Assembly (NCBI RefSeq): GCF_001194135.2
Contig: NC_068982.1
Coordinates: forward strand, 40,786,882-40,850,881
DNA from: Octopus bimaculoides
Lineage: Eukaryota
Direction of reading: 5' to 3'
Length of the DNA stretch: 64,000 bases
The notes under the pieces are model-generated. The model ran no database searches. It was not told the origin of the DNA and was given only the letters and a program-made list of their open reading frames with translations. Positions 27,884 to 42,240 of this stretch are shown here, one piece after another. Within the stretch, counting starts at the first letter, position 1. Every line of letters starts with the position of its first letter. A program made the translations under genes and the position numbers.

Positions 27884-28634
27884 TAATATATATATATATA
27901 CATACGTACAGTGGTTCGGCAAAAGAGACCGATAGAATAAGTACCAGGCATCCAAAGAATAAGTCATGGGGTCGATTTGCTCGACTAAAGGCGGTGCTCC
28001 AGCATGGCCGCAGTGAAATGACTGAAACAAGTAAAAGAGTAAAAGAGTATACGTATATATATATATATATATATACCTGAGTAAAGAGCTTGTTTCTTGT
28101 GAAATTATGGTTTAATTACAGCGTACTGCGACATAGCTAGTAATCCAGGTATTCAATGATAATTATACGTTTGTGGAGATTTTACAGTAAAAATAAATCC
28201 CTCCGAAGTTTGCCGAAACCACTTGAGACATCTTGCTACTTGTTTACGGCTACAGAGTATGTAAAATTATACACAAGAATATAATATCAGTGTAAATATT
28301 TCAGCGAAGAACTTACAGATATAGAGAACATCCATATTTCTGAGTTGAAAGGCGTATGAGTGTGTGTGTGTACATAGGGAACAGCTGTTCTTTCAGACAT
28401 TGCATTGTATTAAATACACAAATGTGTTCGAATCTAATCTTCACGCTGCTCTGCGATCACTTTGATACCTGACGCGTGGTACACCATGCACCTGTTCAGG
28501 CAACGTGGATATGATGGAGGAGTCAGCTAATGTACAGCGCAAACATGTGATCACTATAAACAAATCGTTTGTGTAGGTCGTCGGCAAAAACTGAACGTTC
28601 ATACGTCGTCTTCGACGGGAGAGTCCATCATATT

Positions 28635-29336
28635 ATTATCATTTCCTTTGCACAGCTTCTAACGCTGGAGATGTACTATGGTGTCAGCTGTTCACTACCA
28701 GTGAACTAAGGTAACACCTTTTATTTTTCGAGCACCTTCCTTGTGGTATCAAGCACAGGACAAAGATGCCCCTCCTAATCTCTACTGTCCCTAAACTTCT
28801 TCCGTATGCTGTCAGGTCCGTCCTCCAATTCGCCATACTTTTTCCAAGCAATCGCTCAATATTTGATGCAACATCAAATAGGTTCATACACTCCGTAATC
28901 CAAGAATGTGGGATCATATCGTACGCCTTACGATAGTCAATCCATAACATGGCTAAATTACTTCTTCTCCTCTTGCAGTCTCTAAGTACAGTTTTGTCTA
29001 TTAGGAGTTGATCCTTGGTACCTCTGCACTTACGCTTGCAACCCTTCTGCTCATGTGGTAGAAGGGTTGTAGTCGATCTGTAAATACCAGAGGTGAATTT
29101 TCCAAACCCCAAAGAATTCCTCTCAATACATGGTTATGATGCTCCCCCACTACTTCTGCACATATTGTCATCCACGAAGGGACATACTCAACTGGTTAAG
29201 GTCAAACAACTGACAAGCAATTTTGTGGTATTGAGCAGAATATTTGCTGTAGTCCATCTTTTATACCAAGACAAAACAACGTACATTATAACACTTCCAA
29301 TCAGTTAAGATCAAAAGCCATGAGAGCCGCTGCCTG
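28635..29336 (-). mobile_element. Internally deleted or chimeric Dong/R4-clade non-LTR retrotransposon derivative in a (TAA)n microsatellite
   Basis: RT piece ~28762-29087 ([56 protein letters not shown]...EIRRGIF) is R4/Dong-like. It joins an ORF end [11 protein letters not shown] (stop 28723-28721), a 3' UTR and a GATAATAAT tail. 29088-29336 is homologous to 54907-55148. (ATT/GTT)n flank at 29337-29411. Confidence 0.85.
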
Positions 29337-29373
29337 ATTATTATTATCATTATTATTGTTGTTGTTGTTATTA

Positions 29374-29412
<39 letters not shown>

Positions 29413-30363
29413 GCGTAGTTGCACATTTCCCTTTTACTCCTTCGTGTTTAAACCGGTACAATAGTTTTCATAAGTCCATTAACGTTTCAACACTTTCTTC
29501 ACTCCATCATTTGAATGAAATATCCGTAGTACTGGCATACTGGCATGAAATCTGCGCGCTTTGCAGTAGGTTACGAAGGATCTTGGGCAGCTGCTATAGG
29601 TGATGATATCAAAATGCCAGTTTTAAAATTCTTCAGCAGCTAACTCCTGACGTATATCTGATAAGATTTTTAGTTTATATTTTACAATCTAAAAAGCTTA
29701 TATAGTTAATCTCGTTTTATTTTATTTATTTTTCTTTGTGTATATGGGGTGGGATGTCTGTATAGTACGTAGCGCTATTGAGAAATGTTTTGTTTTTTTA
29801 ATTTTGCTTCACCTGCTGTTTGATTATGTCCTGTTATAGCTTCTTGTAAATGCATAATCAAACCCCGGAAAAGTGTCGTATAAGAGTGTCCGATGTAACA
29901 GTTTGCGTCATGAAGTTTACTACTTAAAGGTTTACATCTAGATTTATATATTACATTAGTTGTGTGAAGTATGCTTTATGACTGGCAAGTTTGTGGTTTC
30001 GTGCTGATGAGAAAGACCATGTTTATGTGTGGTACATGTCTTCTTTTAATGGTCCTTTCATGTAAATTAAGTGCACTTTGTCCATGAAAAATATATGGGC
30101 GGTTTGCGTGTTATTGCAGTGTGCTGAATATGTTGTAATTGTGTGGGTGAATTTGTTGTATTGTTATAGGACTTCACCTCTGTTGGTGTCCATTATTAAC
30201 TAATATTTACTTTACTCGTTAAATTTCCTTTATTTATAGCTTCTGTTGTGGACGAGAATTTAAAGCTTGACTAGGGTGTGACTACAGAGAATTTGTGTTT
30301 ATGAGGAAACTCACTATCACCGCGTTTCTATCGGCATTTGTTTGCGCGCGTGCGTGTATGTTT

Positions 30364-30422
<59 letters not shown>

Positions 30423-30957
30423 TAGTATTATCTATTCTGTCTCCTATCCATGTATTTATATTTAAGAATGAGTTGGCGTTGCGGTCTGAATTTGTACTAG
30501 AAACGTGTTGAATTGTAAGTTTAAAGACGAAATTGTTTTCGAGAGCTTTTGTTTGTCTATCCGTCTATTCTTCCTTAACTGTGATGCAGATAATGTGGTC
30601 TTGATTGAAATTATTTTTTTCTTTTTCACGTCAGCTACATGAAATGTCACGAAATTTAGCCAATACGGAGAACTCAGTAACTCCGAACCTCTGCATGTAC
30701 AGATCCTCTAAATAAGCTTTATATAAGGAATTTTTCTGGGTGAAATAAATAATAATGGGTACTCAATATTTACAAGTTTATAAGTCTAGGAACAGGATAA
30801 ACTCCACTTCTCTGGCCAGTGTTATCTGGAAGTTCAGAGGCCAAGAACATAACTTCCTTCCTATAATTTGGAACATCATCGGCAGAGTTCTTTCATATTT
30901 TAATTATTTAGGCAACTGTATATTATGTCTGTCTAAATAGACACATATATACGTGTG

Positions 30958-31026
<69 letters not shown>

Positions 31027-31188
31027 NNNNNNNNNNCTAGGCACCAGGCCCGAAATTTTGAGGGAGGGGCCCAGTCGATTAGATCGACCTCAGTACGTAA
31101 CTGGTACTTAATTTATCGACCCCGAAGAGTACATATAGGGGAGCGTATATGTGTTTGCTTGTATTTTTATAGTTAAGTATTCACGAAC

Positions 31189-31239
<51 letters not shown>

Positions 31240-32629
31240 GTGTATGTGCGTGTATATACATGTAGGTATATTGTTTATGAAAAAATCCTATTGAGTTCTG
31301 TGATGACAATTTCTCTTTTAATCATGGATGTGTGTAACTATACATTTAAACTCTTTTCTAAATAAAGATACATTTCATGTTAAGGTTCTGGTGAAGCTAA
31401 AATATATCGCACAGGTACTCAATCCTAGGGGCACATTTCCTTATAATTGGAACAAGTGTAAGCTAATGAGTGTGATTACGTAATTCCTATTCTTTTGTTA
31501 TTTATTTATTAATATATATATATATATGTAAGCACGCGCACACACACACAGAACACATGCATACTTTCTATCTGTTCACAAACTGAAAGCGAAACTATTG
31601 ACATCATTTGGTTAGTCCAGGCGAGCGTATCGAATAGTCATTCAAATTTTTTCGTTTCCTTTTTTTTTTTTTTTTTTTTCAAACATTTCTTCGAATTCCT
31701 GTTTTCGATAACGGATATTACAATTTTGCCAAGAAAAAAAAAACTTAATTTACATCCACCNNNNNNNNNNNNNNNNNNNNNNNNNNNNNNNNNNNNNNNN
31801 NNNNNNNNNNNNNNNNNNNNNNNNNNNNNNNNNNNNNNNNNNNNNNNNNNNNNNNNNNNNNNNNNNNNNNNNNNNNNNNNNNNNNNNNNNNNNNNNNNNN
31901 NNNNNNNNNNNNNNNNNNNNNNNNNNNNNNNNNNNNNNNNNNNNNNNNNNNNNNNNNNNNNNNNNNNNNNNNNNNNNNNNNNNNNNNNNNNNNNNNNNNN
32001 NNNNNNNNNNNNNNNNNNNNNNNNNNNNNNNNNNNNNNNNNNNNNNNNNNNNNNNNNNNNNNNNNNNNNNNNNNNNNNNNNNNNNNNNNNNNNNNNNNNN
32101 NNNNNNNNNNNNNNNNNNNNNNNNNNNNNNNNNNNNNNNNNNNNNNNNNNNNNNNNNNNNNNNNNNNNNNNNNNNNNNNNNNNNNNNNNNNNNNNNNNNN
32201 NNNNNNNNNNNNNNNNNNNNNNNNNNNNNNNNNNNNNNNNNNNNNNNNNNNNNNNNNNNNNNNNNNNNNNNNNNNNNNNNNNNNNNNNNNNNNNNNNNNN
32301 NNNNNNNNNNNNNNNNNNNNNNNNNNNNNNNNNNNNNNNNNNNNNNNNNNNNNNNNNNNNNNNNNNNNNNNNNNNNNNNNNNNNNNNNNNNNNNNNNNNN
32401 NNNNNNNNNNNNNNNNNNNNNNNNNNNNNNNNNNNNNNNNNNNNNNNNNNNNNNNNNNNNNNNNNNNNNNNNNNNNNNNNNNNNNNNNNNNNNNNNNNNN
32501 NNNNNNNNNNNNNNNNNNNNNNNNNNNNNNNNNNNNNNNNNNNNNNNNNNNNNNNNNNNNNNNNNNNNNNNNNNNNNNNNNNNNNNNNNNNNNNNNNNNN
32601 NNNCCTATTCTTTTGTTATTTATTTATTA

Positions 32630-32661
<32 letters not shown>

Positions 32662-32742
32662 GCATATGTATGTTTGTATTGTGTGTGTGTGTGTGTGTGT
32701 GTGTTTTCCGTTTTCCTCTGCCTCTCTATATAAGTCAAATAG

Positions 32743-32757
32743 GTGCAATACCTGCAG
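32743..32757 (+). CDS. Candidate 15-nt microexon (alternatively 23 nt from 32735) upstream of the GARNL3-like exon
   Basis: Pyrimidine tract 32704-32728, AG at 32733-34 and 32741-42, strong donor CAG|gtaaga at 32758. It ends TGC AG, which with T58200 gives ...CNTCS-SPASDL in frame. Splice-signal inference only. Confidence 0.35.
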
Positions 32758-33298
32758 GTAAGAAATAAAACAATGTCTGTACACCATAGACTACATACAG
32801 GGGGATAGGCGGAGGTAGGTTGGTGGATGGGCTTTTGGGGCGAATCATCATCATTATTATTATGCATGACGTCACAGTCGCTTTCACTTGTTATTTAACA
32901 ACTACATTTACCTGTATTGAACATAAACCGATACTAGTATTATATATAGTATGGTGTATAGATTCGTTACGCCATAATTTTTACTTCAACACTCTACTGA
33001 ATGTGGAAACATTTTTCAGAAACCATATCGATAAACATTAAAACGACGTGCTTTTCATTCACCTCTTTCTTTCTCTCTTTCTTTCTTTTCTTTCTTTCGT
33101 TCTTCTTGTTTCTCTTTCCTTCTATTCTGTTTTTTTTTTCTTTATTCTCCTTTGTTGCTTATTTAGTGTTGTTTGTTTCAGGGAATTTTTCTTATTTGTT
33201 TAACATTTTTGGTGGTCAGGGGATTTTTCATATTTGTTTAACATTTTTGGTGGTAAAATATTCATTAGTAATCATCATCATAAACATCATCATCATCA

Positions 33299-33364
<66 letters not shown>

Positions 33365-33931
33365 NNNNNNNNNNNNNNNNNNNNNNNNNNNNNNNNNNNN
33401 NNNNNNNNNNNNNNNNNNNNNNNNNNNNNNNNNNNNNNNNNNNNNNNNNNNNNNNNNNNNNNNNNNNNNNNNNNNNNNNNNNNNNNNNNNNNNNNNNNNN
33501 NNNNNNNNNNNNNNNNNNNNNNNNNNNNNNNNNNNNNNNNNNNNNNNNNNNNNNNNNNNNNNNNNNNNNNNNNNNNNNNNNNNNNNNNNNNNNNNNNNNN
33601 NNNNNNNNNNNNNNNNNNNNNNNNNNNNNNNNNNNNNNNNNNNNNNNNNNNNNNNNNNNNNNNNNNNNNNNNNNNNNNNNNNNNNNNNNNNNNNNNNNNN
33701 NNNNNNNNNNNNNNNNNNNNNNNNNNNNNNNNNNNNNNNNNNNNNNNNNNNNNNNNNNNNNNNNNNNNNNNNNNNTACTATGTATAAATCCTTTCTTTTT
33801 CGGTGTATACCGTGTATACATTTTTTTTCATCATTTCATAATATATAAACCTCAATACTTTATGTCTGTCTTTGTATTGCATCCCCCCTCACCTTTCGCC
33901 CTTGTGGCAAAGAAATGAAATTATCATCATT

Positions 33932-33975
<44 letters not shown>

Positions 33976-33994
33976 TATCATCATCATTATCATC

Positions 33995-34026
<32 letters not shown>

Positions 34027-34205
34027 CATTATTATTAGACACACAGCGTTTAAGAATCGGCGACATGTGACGTTTCCAGCATTCCAGGCCGTCATTGCTT
34101 TCCGCAATTAATTCGTTGTATGACCATCGTCATCATCATCGTCGTAGTAGTCATCGTAGACGTCGTCATCATCATCATCACCATTATCATCATTACACCA
34201 CGACC

Positions 34206-34237
<32 letters not shown>

Positions 34238-34829
34238 CAACAACAGCAACAGCAAGAACCATCCATCATCGTTAGCCATGTTCTTCATCATCGTCATGAT
34301 CATAAATATTTATTCCATCTGTCTTTATCGTCTTTCTCATCATTTTGCATTCCCTCTTCATCATCATCATCATCATCGACAGCAGCAGCAGCAGCGGCAG
34401 TAGCATCCCAACACCTTCTTCAATTATCGTCATTCAATACGCCTTTGTCATCGTTGTCGTCATCATTCTTATTGTCATCCACGTTGTCACCAACATTAAC
34501 ATCATCTTCATCATATTGTCCACCTTCAACCTTATCGTTGCCATCATCATCATTACCCCACCCCTCCACCATCACCACCACCACCACCGCAAATATCATC
34601 ATCATCATCGTCGTCGTCATCATCATTACCACCACCCCTACCACCACCACCACCACCGGAACTATCATAAGTAACAGCAGTAGCAGCATGGTCAATGCTA
34701 AACCATTCTTTTTAAATACCCAACACCGCCGCCACCATCACCACCACCACCGCGTTTCTTTTCTTCCAATATCGTCACCCTGACCCATCGATAACATTTT
34801 GTCATATTTAATGGTGCTGTTATCGGTTC

Positions 34830-35690
34830 TGTGTCGAAATCTCATACCATCGAAACAGCAGTAGCCGTTATCGTCGAAGTTTTAGGCGTGGCTGTTGTTT
34901 TGGTCGCGGTCGCAGTAGTAGATGTTGCTGTGGCGGTGGTAGTGGTCGTGTTTGTGTTTGTGGTTGTTGTCGTGGTTATAGCTGAGTTTGGACTTGTGAC
35001 TAAGTTCGAGGTTGTGGTTGTGGTTATGGTAGTAGTTGTAGTTGTGGTCGTAGTCGTGGTTGTGGTCATAGTTGTCGTCATGGTCATGGTCGTAGTGGTG
35101 ATAGGGGTTGTGGTCGCGGTCATAGTTCTGGTTGTAGCCATAGTTGCGGCGATAATCAGAGTTGTGGTCTGGTTCATAGTCTTCATTGCGATTGTGATTA
35201 TAATTGCGACAATGGTTGTGAGTGTAGCTGTGGTCGTTGTTTTGGTCATAGTTGTGGTTATGGTCATAGTTGTGGTCGTGGCGTGATCAACGTTGTCATT
35301 GTGGCGTGATCATAGTTGTGATTATGATCACAGTTGCAGTTATGGTCATAGCCGTGGTCCGACTCGTGGTTGTGATCGTGTTTGTGATCGACGTTTTGGT
35401 CGTGCTTATTGTCGTAGTTGCGATAGTGGTCATAGTTGTGATTGCGATCGTGACTGCCGTTGTGGTCGTAGATGTGATCGTGATTGTGACCATAGCTGTA
35501 GTCGTGGCTATGGTCGTAGTCGAGGTCGTAGTCGTGGTTATTGTCGTTGTCAAATTCCTAGTTGTGATCGTGGTCGTAGTTGTGGTCGTACACGTGATCA
35601 TTGTCAAATCTGTGATCATCATCATCATCATCGTCGTCGTCGTCATCACCGCCTTCGTGGTCGACGTCATCATTCACTGTCAATGCCGAC
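34830..35690. repeat. Long degenerate GTN/RTN triplet and hexamer repeat giving poly-Val (+) and poly-Thr (-) pseudo-ORFs
   Basis: Recurring GTGGTC, ATAGTT, GTGATC and GTAGTT hexamers; preceded by ATC/CAC/AAC triplet tracts at 33920-34750. Confidence 0.8.
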
Positions 35691-36048
35691 TTCTAACAAC
35701 AACGCCTACACAATATCTGTTGGAATTCACTAAGCACGCTGTCTCTTCATTAAGTGTCATCTCTACTATCGAATTTTTACTTAAGAAATCAATGAGAGAA
35801 AGAATAAATGAATAAATGAATAAATGAATGCAAGAATAAGTGAATGAATAGATAGATAGAAAGATGGAGAGGTGGGTAGGTGGACAGGTGGACCGATTGA
35901 TGAATGAAGGAGGAAAGGAATAAGCGAGTTCATGACAAAAGGAATGGAGGAATAGAAGAATGAAGGAATGACAGTTCGTTTTTTATGGTTCCCTCGAGAT
36001 CCTGTTGCAGCAAAAATATATTTTAGGATTCAGTTTAGCTTACAACTA

Positions 36049-36100
<52 letters not shown>

Positions 36101-36487
36101 ATGTGTGTGTGTGTGTGTGCACGTATGTGTGAGCGTGTATATATAGTATATATATATAAATCGTTACACATACACACACCAACATATATGTATGCATACA
36201 CATGCATACACATATACATATTTGCATATTTATATGCAAATATGCAAGCATGTGTGTGTGTACGTGGGTGTATATGTGTGGGGGTGGACGTGTGTGTGAG
36301 TGTGTCTGTGTGTATGCGTATATATATGCGTGTGAGTGAGTGTAGTTGTACAGTATGTGTACGTCGTTTCACACACAAATACACACACATATATATATAT
36401 ATACATATATATACATTTTTGCATACGTATATGCAAATATATAAGTATGCAAATATACAAGTGCGCGCGCGTGTATGTACGTGTATG

Positions 36488-36528
<41 letters not shown>

Positions 36529-36946
36529 CAGACTAAGGAGAAAGTGAATTGACATGTTTTACGGTTACATCATTAGAGAAGCATCCGCAATTGTTCGAAA
36601 AACTTTACCATAATATTCTTTTGTGCAGTGTTGGCAATTACGTCCTCGCGCGCGCGAACGCGAAATATATCTTTTATAGCTTTTTGTTTTTGCTGCTGTT
36701 GNNNNNNNNNNNNNNNNNNNNNNNNNNNNNNNNNNNNNNNNNNNNNNNNNNNNNNNNNNNNNNNNNNNNNNNNNNNNNNNNNNNNNNNNNNNNNNNNNNN
36801 NNNNNNNNNNNNNNNNNNNNNNNNNNNNNNNNNNNNNNNNNNNNNNNNNNNNNNNNNNNNNNNNNNNNNNNNNNNNNNNNNNNNNNNNNNNNNNNNNNNN
36901 NNNNNNNNNNNNNNNNNNNNNNNNNNNNNNNNNNNNNNNNNNNNNN

Positions 36947-37043
<97 letters not shown>

Positions 37044-37121
37044 CATATACTTATGTATACATGCACATGCTTGTAGATAAATGTGTGTATGTATACATAG
37101 AAACACATACATATATAAGCA

Positions 37122-37457
37122 TATGTGGTAAGTAGCTTGCTTACAGCCACATGGTTCTGAGTCAGTCCTTCTGTGTGGCACTTTGGGCAAGTGTCTTCTA
37201 CTATAGTCTCGGGCCGACCAAAGCCTTGTGAGTGGATTTGGTAGACGGAAACTGAAAGAAACTTGTTGTATGTGTGTGTGTGTGTGTGTGTCCCCTCCTC
37301 CAACATCACTTGACAACCGATGTTGGTTCGGCAAAAGAGACCGATAGAATTAGTACTAGGCTTACAAAGAATAAGTCCTGGGGTCGATCTGTTCGACTAA
37401 AGGCGGTGCTCCAGCATGGCCGCTGTCAAATAACTGAAACAAATAAAAGAATAAAAT
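37122..37457 (+). mobile_element. SINE family A copy
   Basis: Colinear with 9290-9692, with a short internal deletion. Confidence 0.9.
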
Positions 37458-38846
37458 AATATATACACCCACACACCGTACATACATACAATGTATATTC
37501 TATATATATACACACACATACGTGTGTGTGCGTGTAGTCATTGACATTATGCAGTAAGATTGTTAGCACGACGAAGTATTGTCTGGGAAATTTATAGGCG
37601 TCATTTTAAAGAAGATATTAATGATTAGACGTAACAAGTGCTGTAACGTTTTATGAGTGTTTTTTGACGACGAAACGTTAGTGGATTGGCTCTTGTTTAT
37701 CGCTCCCAAGTGAGTGGTTTATAAAGTTTGTCCTTATTTAATAGATTGTTGGTCAATTTATTCTCAAAGATTGTTGCGCGTAAGTTTAATAAATCGAAAG
37801 AGAAATGTCTTTGCCACTACCTTCTTCCCATCTCTCTTGGTGTGTGCAATTCTGTTTCTGCGTAACTAACAATGTGTGAGCATTATGTGTGTAGCTACTT
37901 GTTAAAATTTTAATCCTGTTTAATATTTGAAATGCAAACTCATGAAGTTCCACATAAATACTGACACCCCTCGCCTGCACGTTTACGAACATGCACATGC
38001 ACGCATGCTCACAGACACATATACACATGTATGCTATTTTTGGCTTATACTATTAAACTAAGTGGGGATATCTCTTATTTCTTATTCTTTCTTAAGTCAT
38101 TACACTGCGGCCATGCTTGGGCACCACCTTAAAGAATTTTAAGTCGAATGAATCAACCCCAATACTTGATTTTTCTTTTTTTTTTTTATTAAACCTTGGT
38201 ACCTATTGTATCTTTATTCTTTTGCCGAACCGCTAGATTACGGGGATGTAAACACACCAAGCGGTGGGGTGGGGAAAGAAACACGCACACACACACACAT
38301 ACGTACATACCATAGCTGGCCGCCTACACTTTTTTTCTTGGAAAATAGGGGTAGTTTATCCTGTTCAGGCTATATTATTAGCATTATCCTGCGTTTAAGA
38401 ATTTAAAATCACTTCTTTAACTTTCTAAGACATCTCAATACTTCTAAAAGCAAACTTCGTTTGTTTGTTTACGTTTACCGTAATTTGAATTTCATATATA
38501 TATATATATATATATANNNNNNNNNNNNNNNNNNNNNNNNNNNNNNNNNNNNNNNNNNNNNNNNNNNNNNNNNNNNNNNNNNNNNNNNNNNNNNNNNNNN
38601 NNNNNNNNNNNNNNNNNNNNNNNNNNNNNNNNNNNNNNNNNNNNNNNNNNNNNNNNNNNNNNNNNNNNNNNNNNNNNNNNNNNNNNNNNNNNNNNNNNNN
38701 NNNNNNNNNNNNNNNNNNNNNNNNNNNNNNNNNNNNNNNNNNNNNNNNNNNNNNNNNNNNNNNNNNNNNNNNNNNNNNNNNNNNNNNNNNNNNNNNNNNN
38801 NNNNNNNNNNNNNNNNNNNNNNNNNNNNNNNNNNNNNNNNNNNNNN

Positions 38847-38879
<33 letters not shown>

Positions 38880-40615
38880 GAGAGTATCCGTGGCAATAGT
38901 TGGAAGAAGGCTAGCAAAACTGAAACTTCGAAGTCACTGTTACCGTCTTCGTTGAAAAGTTTAATAAACATGTAAATATATTATCTACACAAAAGTATTG
39001 AGTAATCCTTCAGTTTAATGTCAGAGTATTTTTATACATAACTTGGCACAAAAACAAATACTATCTTAGAGAGAGAGGGGCGAGAGAGAGATTAAGAGAG
39101 AGAGATGTGTGCTGCGTGTTGATTGAAATGTTGAGTAAAGTCTGTCGGTATTGTAAACTATAGTTCTAGTTCTTCCTGGCTTATTTCCGCCTAAGTCAAT
39201 GCGCTGTTGCTTATAAAACAGTTGTTTATTTAACACTGGGTTATGATTTCACATAAAATACACAGTGAATAATGAGTCAACAACTTTATTAATGTTCACA
39301 CTATCCCTGGGAGAAACAAGACCATGATAACTAAGAGCAGTTTTTGTTTATCTGGTGTTTCTTTTTATTTTTTACTGATGTTTTTGAAATATAAATGGCC
39401 GAATAGTTAAGAAGTTCCGTTTTTTTTTTTTATTCTTATTACGTCGTTGGTTTTGATTTCGATGCCATTGTGCGGTAATTTGAGCACGAATATATAGTAC
39501 CTGTGTTTATTTGGCAACTACCATTCCGAAATATAACAATTATAATGAATTTGTACTCTGCAAAAGTATAGAGATGCAAATAGTGAGTACGAAACAATAT
39601 TATTTCTTGTTTCTCGTTGTATTACTCAAATACGGAGAATCTTGCCTCTTCCAATATAGAAACATTTCTCATGGCATCAGCAGACAAATGGAAAAGACTT
39701 TGTCCAGGATGATAGCGAGGGAGATGCACTGGAACAGCCACTCTGATTCGCGGGGCTCACACTTGCAGACAGCAATCTCTCCTCCAATAGCGGTGAACAG
39801 GAATATGATCCAAGGGCGCTGGAGGTCTCAACTACCACAGGCATGATTATAAATTCACATTTATATGAATGATCATCGATGTACTCGGTTATGTTTGTAA
39901 ATATTTAAGAGGCATCTATTTGAGCCTTGTGCCGTCTCAAATCTTGAAAGCAAAATTGGAAATCGTGCAGAAGTTAGTCAGATGGATTTCATCTGTCACC
40001 TTGTTTAACCCTAACCCACCTGATCATTACTTTAACAGAGTCTACTCTGTTGTAAATATTTCCAAAATGAGCGGCATTCTACTGCAGCAACCGATGAATC
40101 CTATTTTCTTTCTTCCTTATTTTTGTATCCTTCCACCGACCAGTGAGGCTCCACACAAAAATCACCGCTCTTCCCTTTCCCCGTCAAGGTACTCCACTAG
40201 AATAAATAATAACCAAATACATAGGACACCAGGACTAATGGGTTTTTCGTGGGAAGTTCATTATGATTCACAAGATGCTAGTTTCTTTTCGTCTTAATTA
40301 GCTTAATTAATTTAAGCAGAAATTAGACACCAAGTCTTGTGGAAAGATTATCTATTGTAGTTAGAACATATTGATTCATTTCTCATCTGATTAATGCTAC
40401 AGACTCTGAAGTTATTCACTATTAGTGCTTGTGAATCTTAAAAAGATCTCTACGAATCGCTGGAGCGTCAAACAAAATGTCTGCAGTATTTAGTTACGGT
40501 TGTCTAGATTTTAAGTTCAAATCCCTGCGAGGTCAATTTTGTCTTTCATCCTCTGTTCATGTTCCGAGATAGATTTGATATTCCTGTAAAGCATTCGAGA
40601 TATGAATGAAATTAT

Positions 40616-41000
40616 GGTTGGCACTCTATTGGCTACGACGACGAGGGTTCCAGTTGATCCGAACAACGGAACAGCCTGCTCGTGAAATTAACGTGCAAGT
40701 GGCTGAGCACTCCACAGACACGTGTACCCTTAACGTAGTTCTCGGGGAGATTCAGCGTGACACAGAGTGTGACAAGGCTGGTCCTTTTGAAATACAGGTA
40801 CAACAGAAACAGGAAGAAAGAGTGAGATAAAGTTGTGGTGAAAGAGTACAGCAGAGTTCGCCACCATCCCCTGCTGGAGCCTTGTGGAATTTTAGGTGTT
40901 TTCGCTCAATAAACACTCACAACGCCCGGTCTGGGAATCGAAACTGCGATCCTACGACCGCGAGTCCGCTGCCCTAACCACTGGGCCATTGCGCCTCCAC
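40616..41000 (-). mobile_element. SINE family C (tRNA-derived, ~385 bp), full length with TSD
   Basis: Head GTGGAGGCGCAATGGCCCAGTGGTTAGG...TTTCGATTCCC; 12-bp TSD GAATGAAATTAT at 40604-40615 and 41001-41012. Confidence 0.92.
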
Positions 41001-41869
41001 GAATGAAATTATAAGAGGAAGAAAAAATAGAACATTACACTCATTATTGTAAGTGCAATATTTAGTGTCTAGATCAGGCATGGACGGCATTTTTTAAAGA
41101 AGCAGGCTGCATGAAACATGGCTCATCAATAGAGGGGGCTGCACTACCGAAAACAATTCAAGGTAATTTTTTCAATAGGCGTACTACGATTATAAATTCA
41201 CATTTATATGATTAATCATCGATGTAGTCAGTTATGTTTGTAAATGTTTAAGAAACAATCTTGAAAAAATTACGATTTTCGGGACAAGAAAGAGACTATC
41301 CAACACAAACTTTGCTGGTAAAATCCATAAGTGGAATAGTAAAAATATGCAAGACTTTCTTAAAGTTCGATAAGTCATAATTATTGTTGTTGTTATATAA
41401 GCACCATTGAAGGGGCTTTTTTTTAATAAGAATCAGTTCCTTCCTTTCAAGAAGAATGCTAATGAATACAAACAAGTAAATGTATACATGTATCCACACA
41501 TGCATACGGACATACATTCATGCATACATACATAAATGAGTACATACATACATATATGCTTGTGTGTAGATGTGTGCCTATTTTGTAACATTTCAGTGCA
41601 TGTGCCAAGCTGTTGCGTATCCTTTAAATATAAAATTAAGTGAAATTAGTTGGTACGTGTGGGAGGGGGCGTGCCCATCCCCTATATTGCGAGTTTTGTG
41701 ATGTTTTCCAGTTAGCGATGACAAAATCAGCTGTTGTGCCGGTGAAGGGCAATTTTGAAGAAGTACTCAATATGCTCCCCTATGTAACTTGTGGACGTAT
41801 TACAAGTTATATAGGAGAGTTTACTGAGCACTTCTTGTGATTGCATGTCGGCTCCCTACTCTCTGCGTT

Positions 41870-42240
41870 TATATGTTATTTGTTTCAGTCATTGGACGGC
41901 GACCATGCTGGATCGACTCCAGTACATTTTTTAATGCACGATATTTATTCTATTGATCACTTATGCCGAGCCACTAAGTTACGGGAACGTAAACACACCA
42001 ACACCGATTATTAAGCGGCGGTGGGACACACATACGCACACGCACACACACGCACGCACACACACACATATACATATATATATGACGGGCTTGTTTCAGT
42101 TTCTGTCTGCCAAATCCATTCACAAGGCTTCGGTCAGCCCAAGGCTATAGCAGAAGACACTTGCCCAAGGTGCCACGCAATGGGACTGAACCTGGAACTA
42201 TGCAGTTGGGAAGTAAACTTCTTACCACACAGCCACACCT
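41870..42240 (-). mobile_element. SINE family A copy
   Basis: Reverse complement of the family-A head, core, internal (CA)n and tail. Confidence 0.85.

Noticed and set aside
31486-32650. ~45-bp exact duplication on both sides of the 31761-32603 gap
   Set aside because: The second copy begins exactly at a contig edge, so an assembly overlap or haplotype artefact is likelier than biology. It is a caution for the nearby microexon call.
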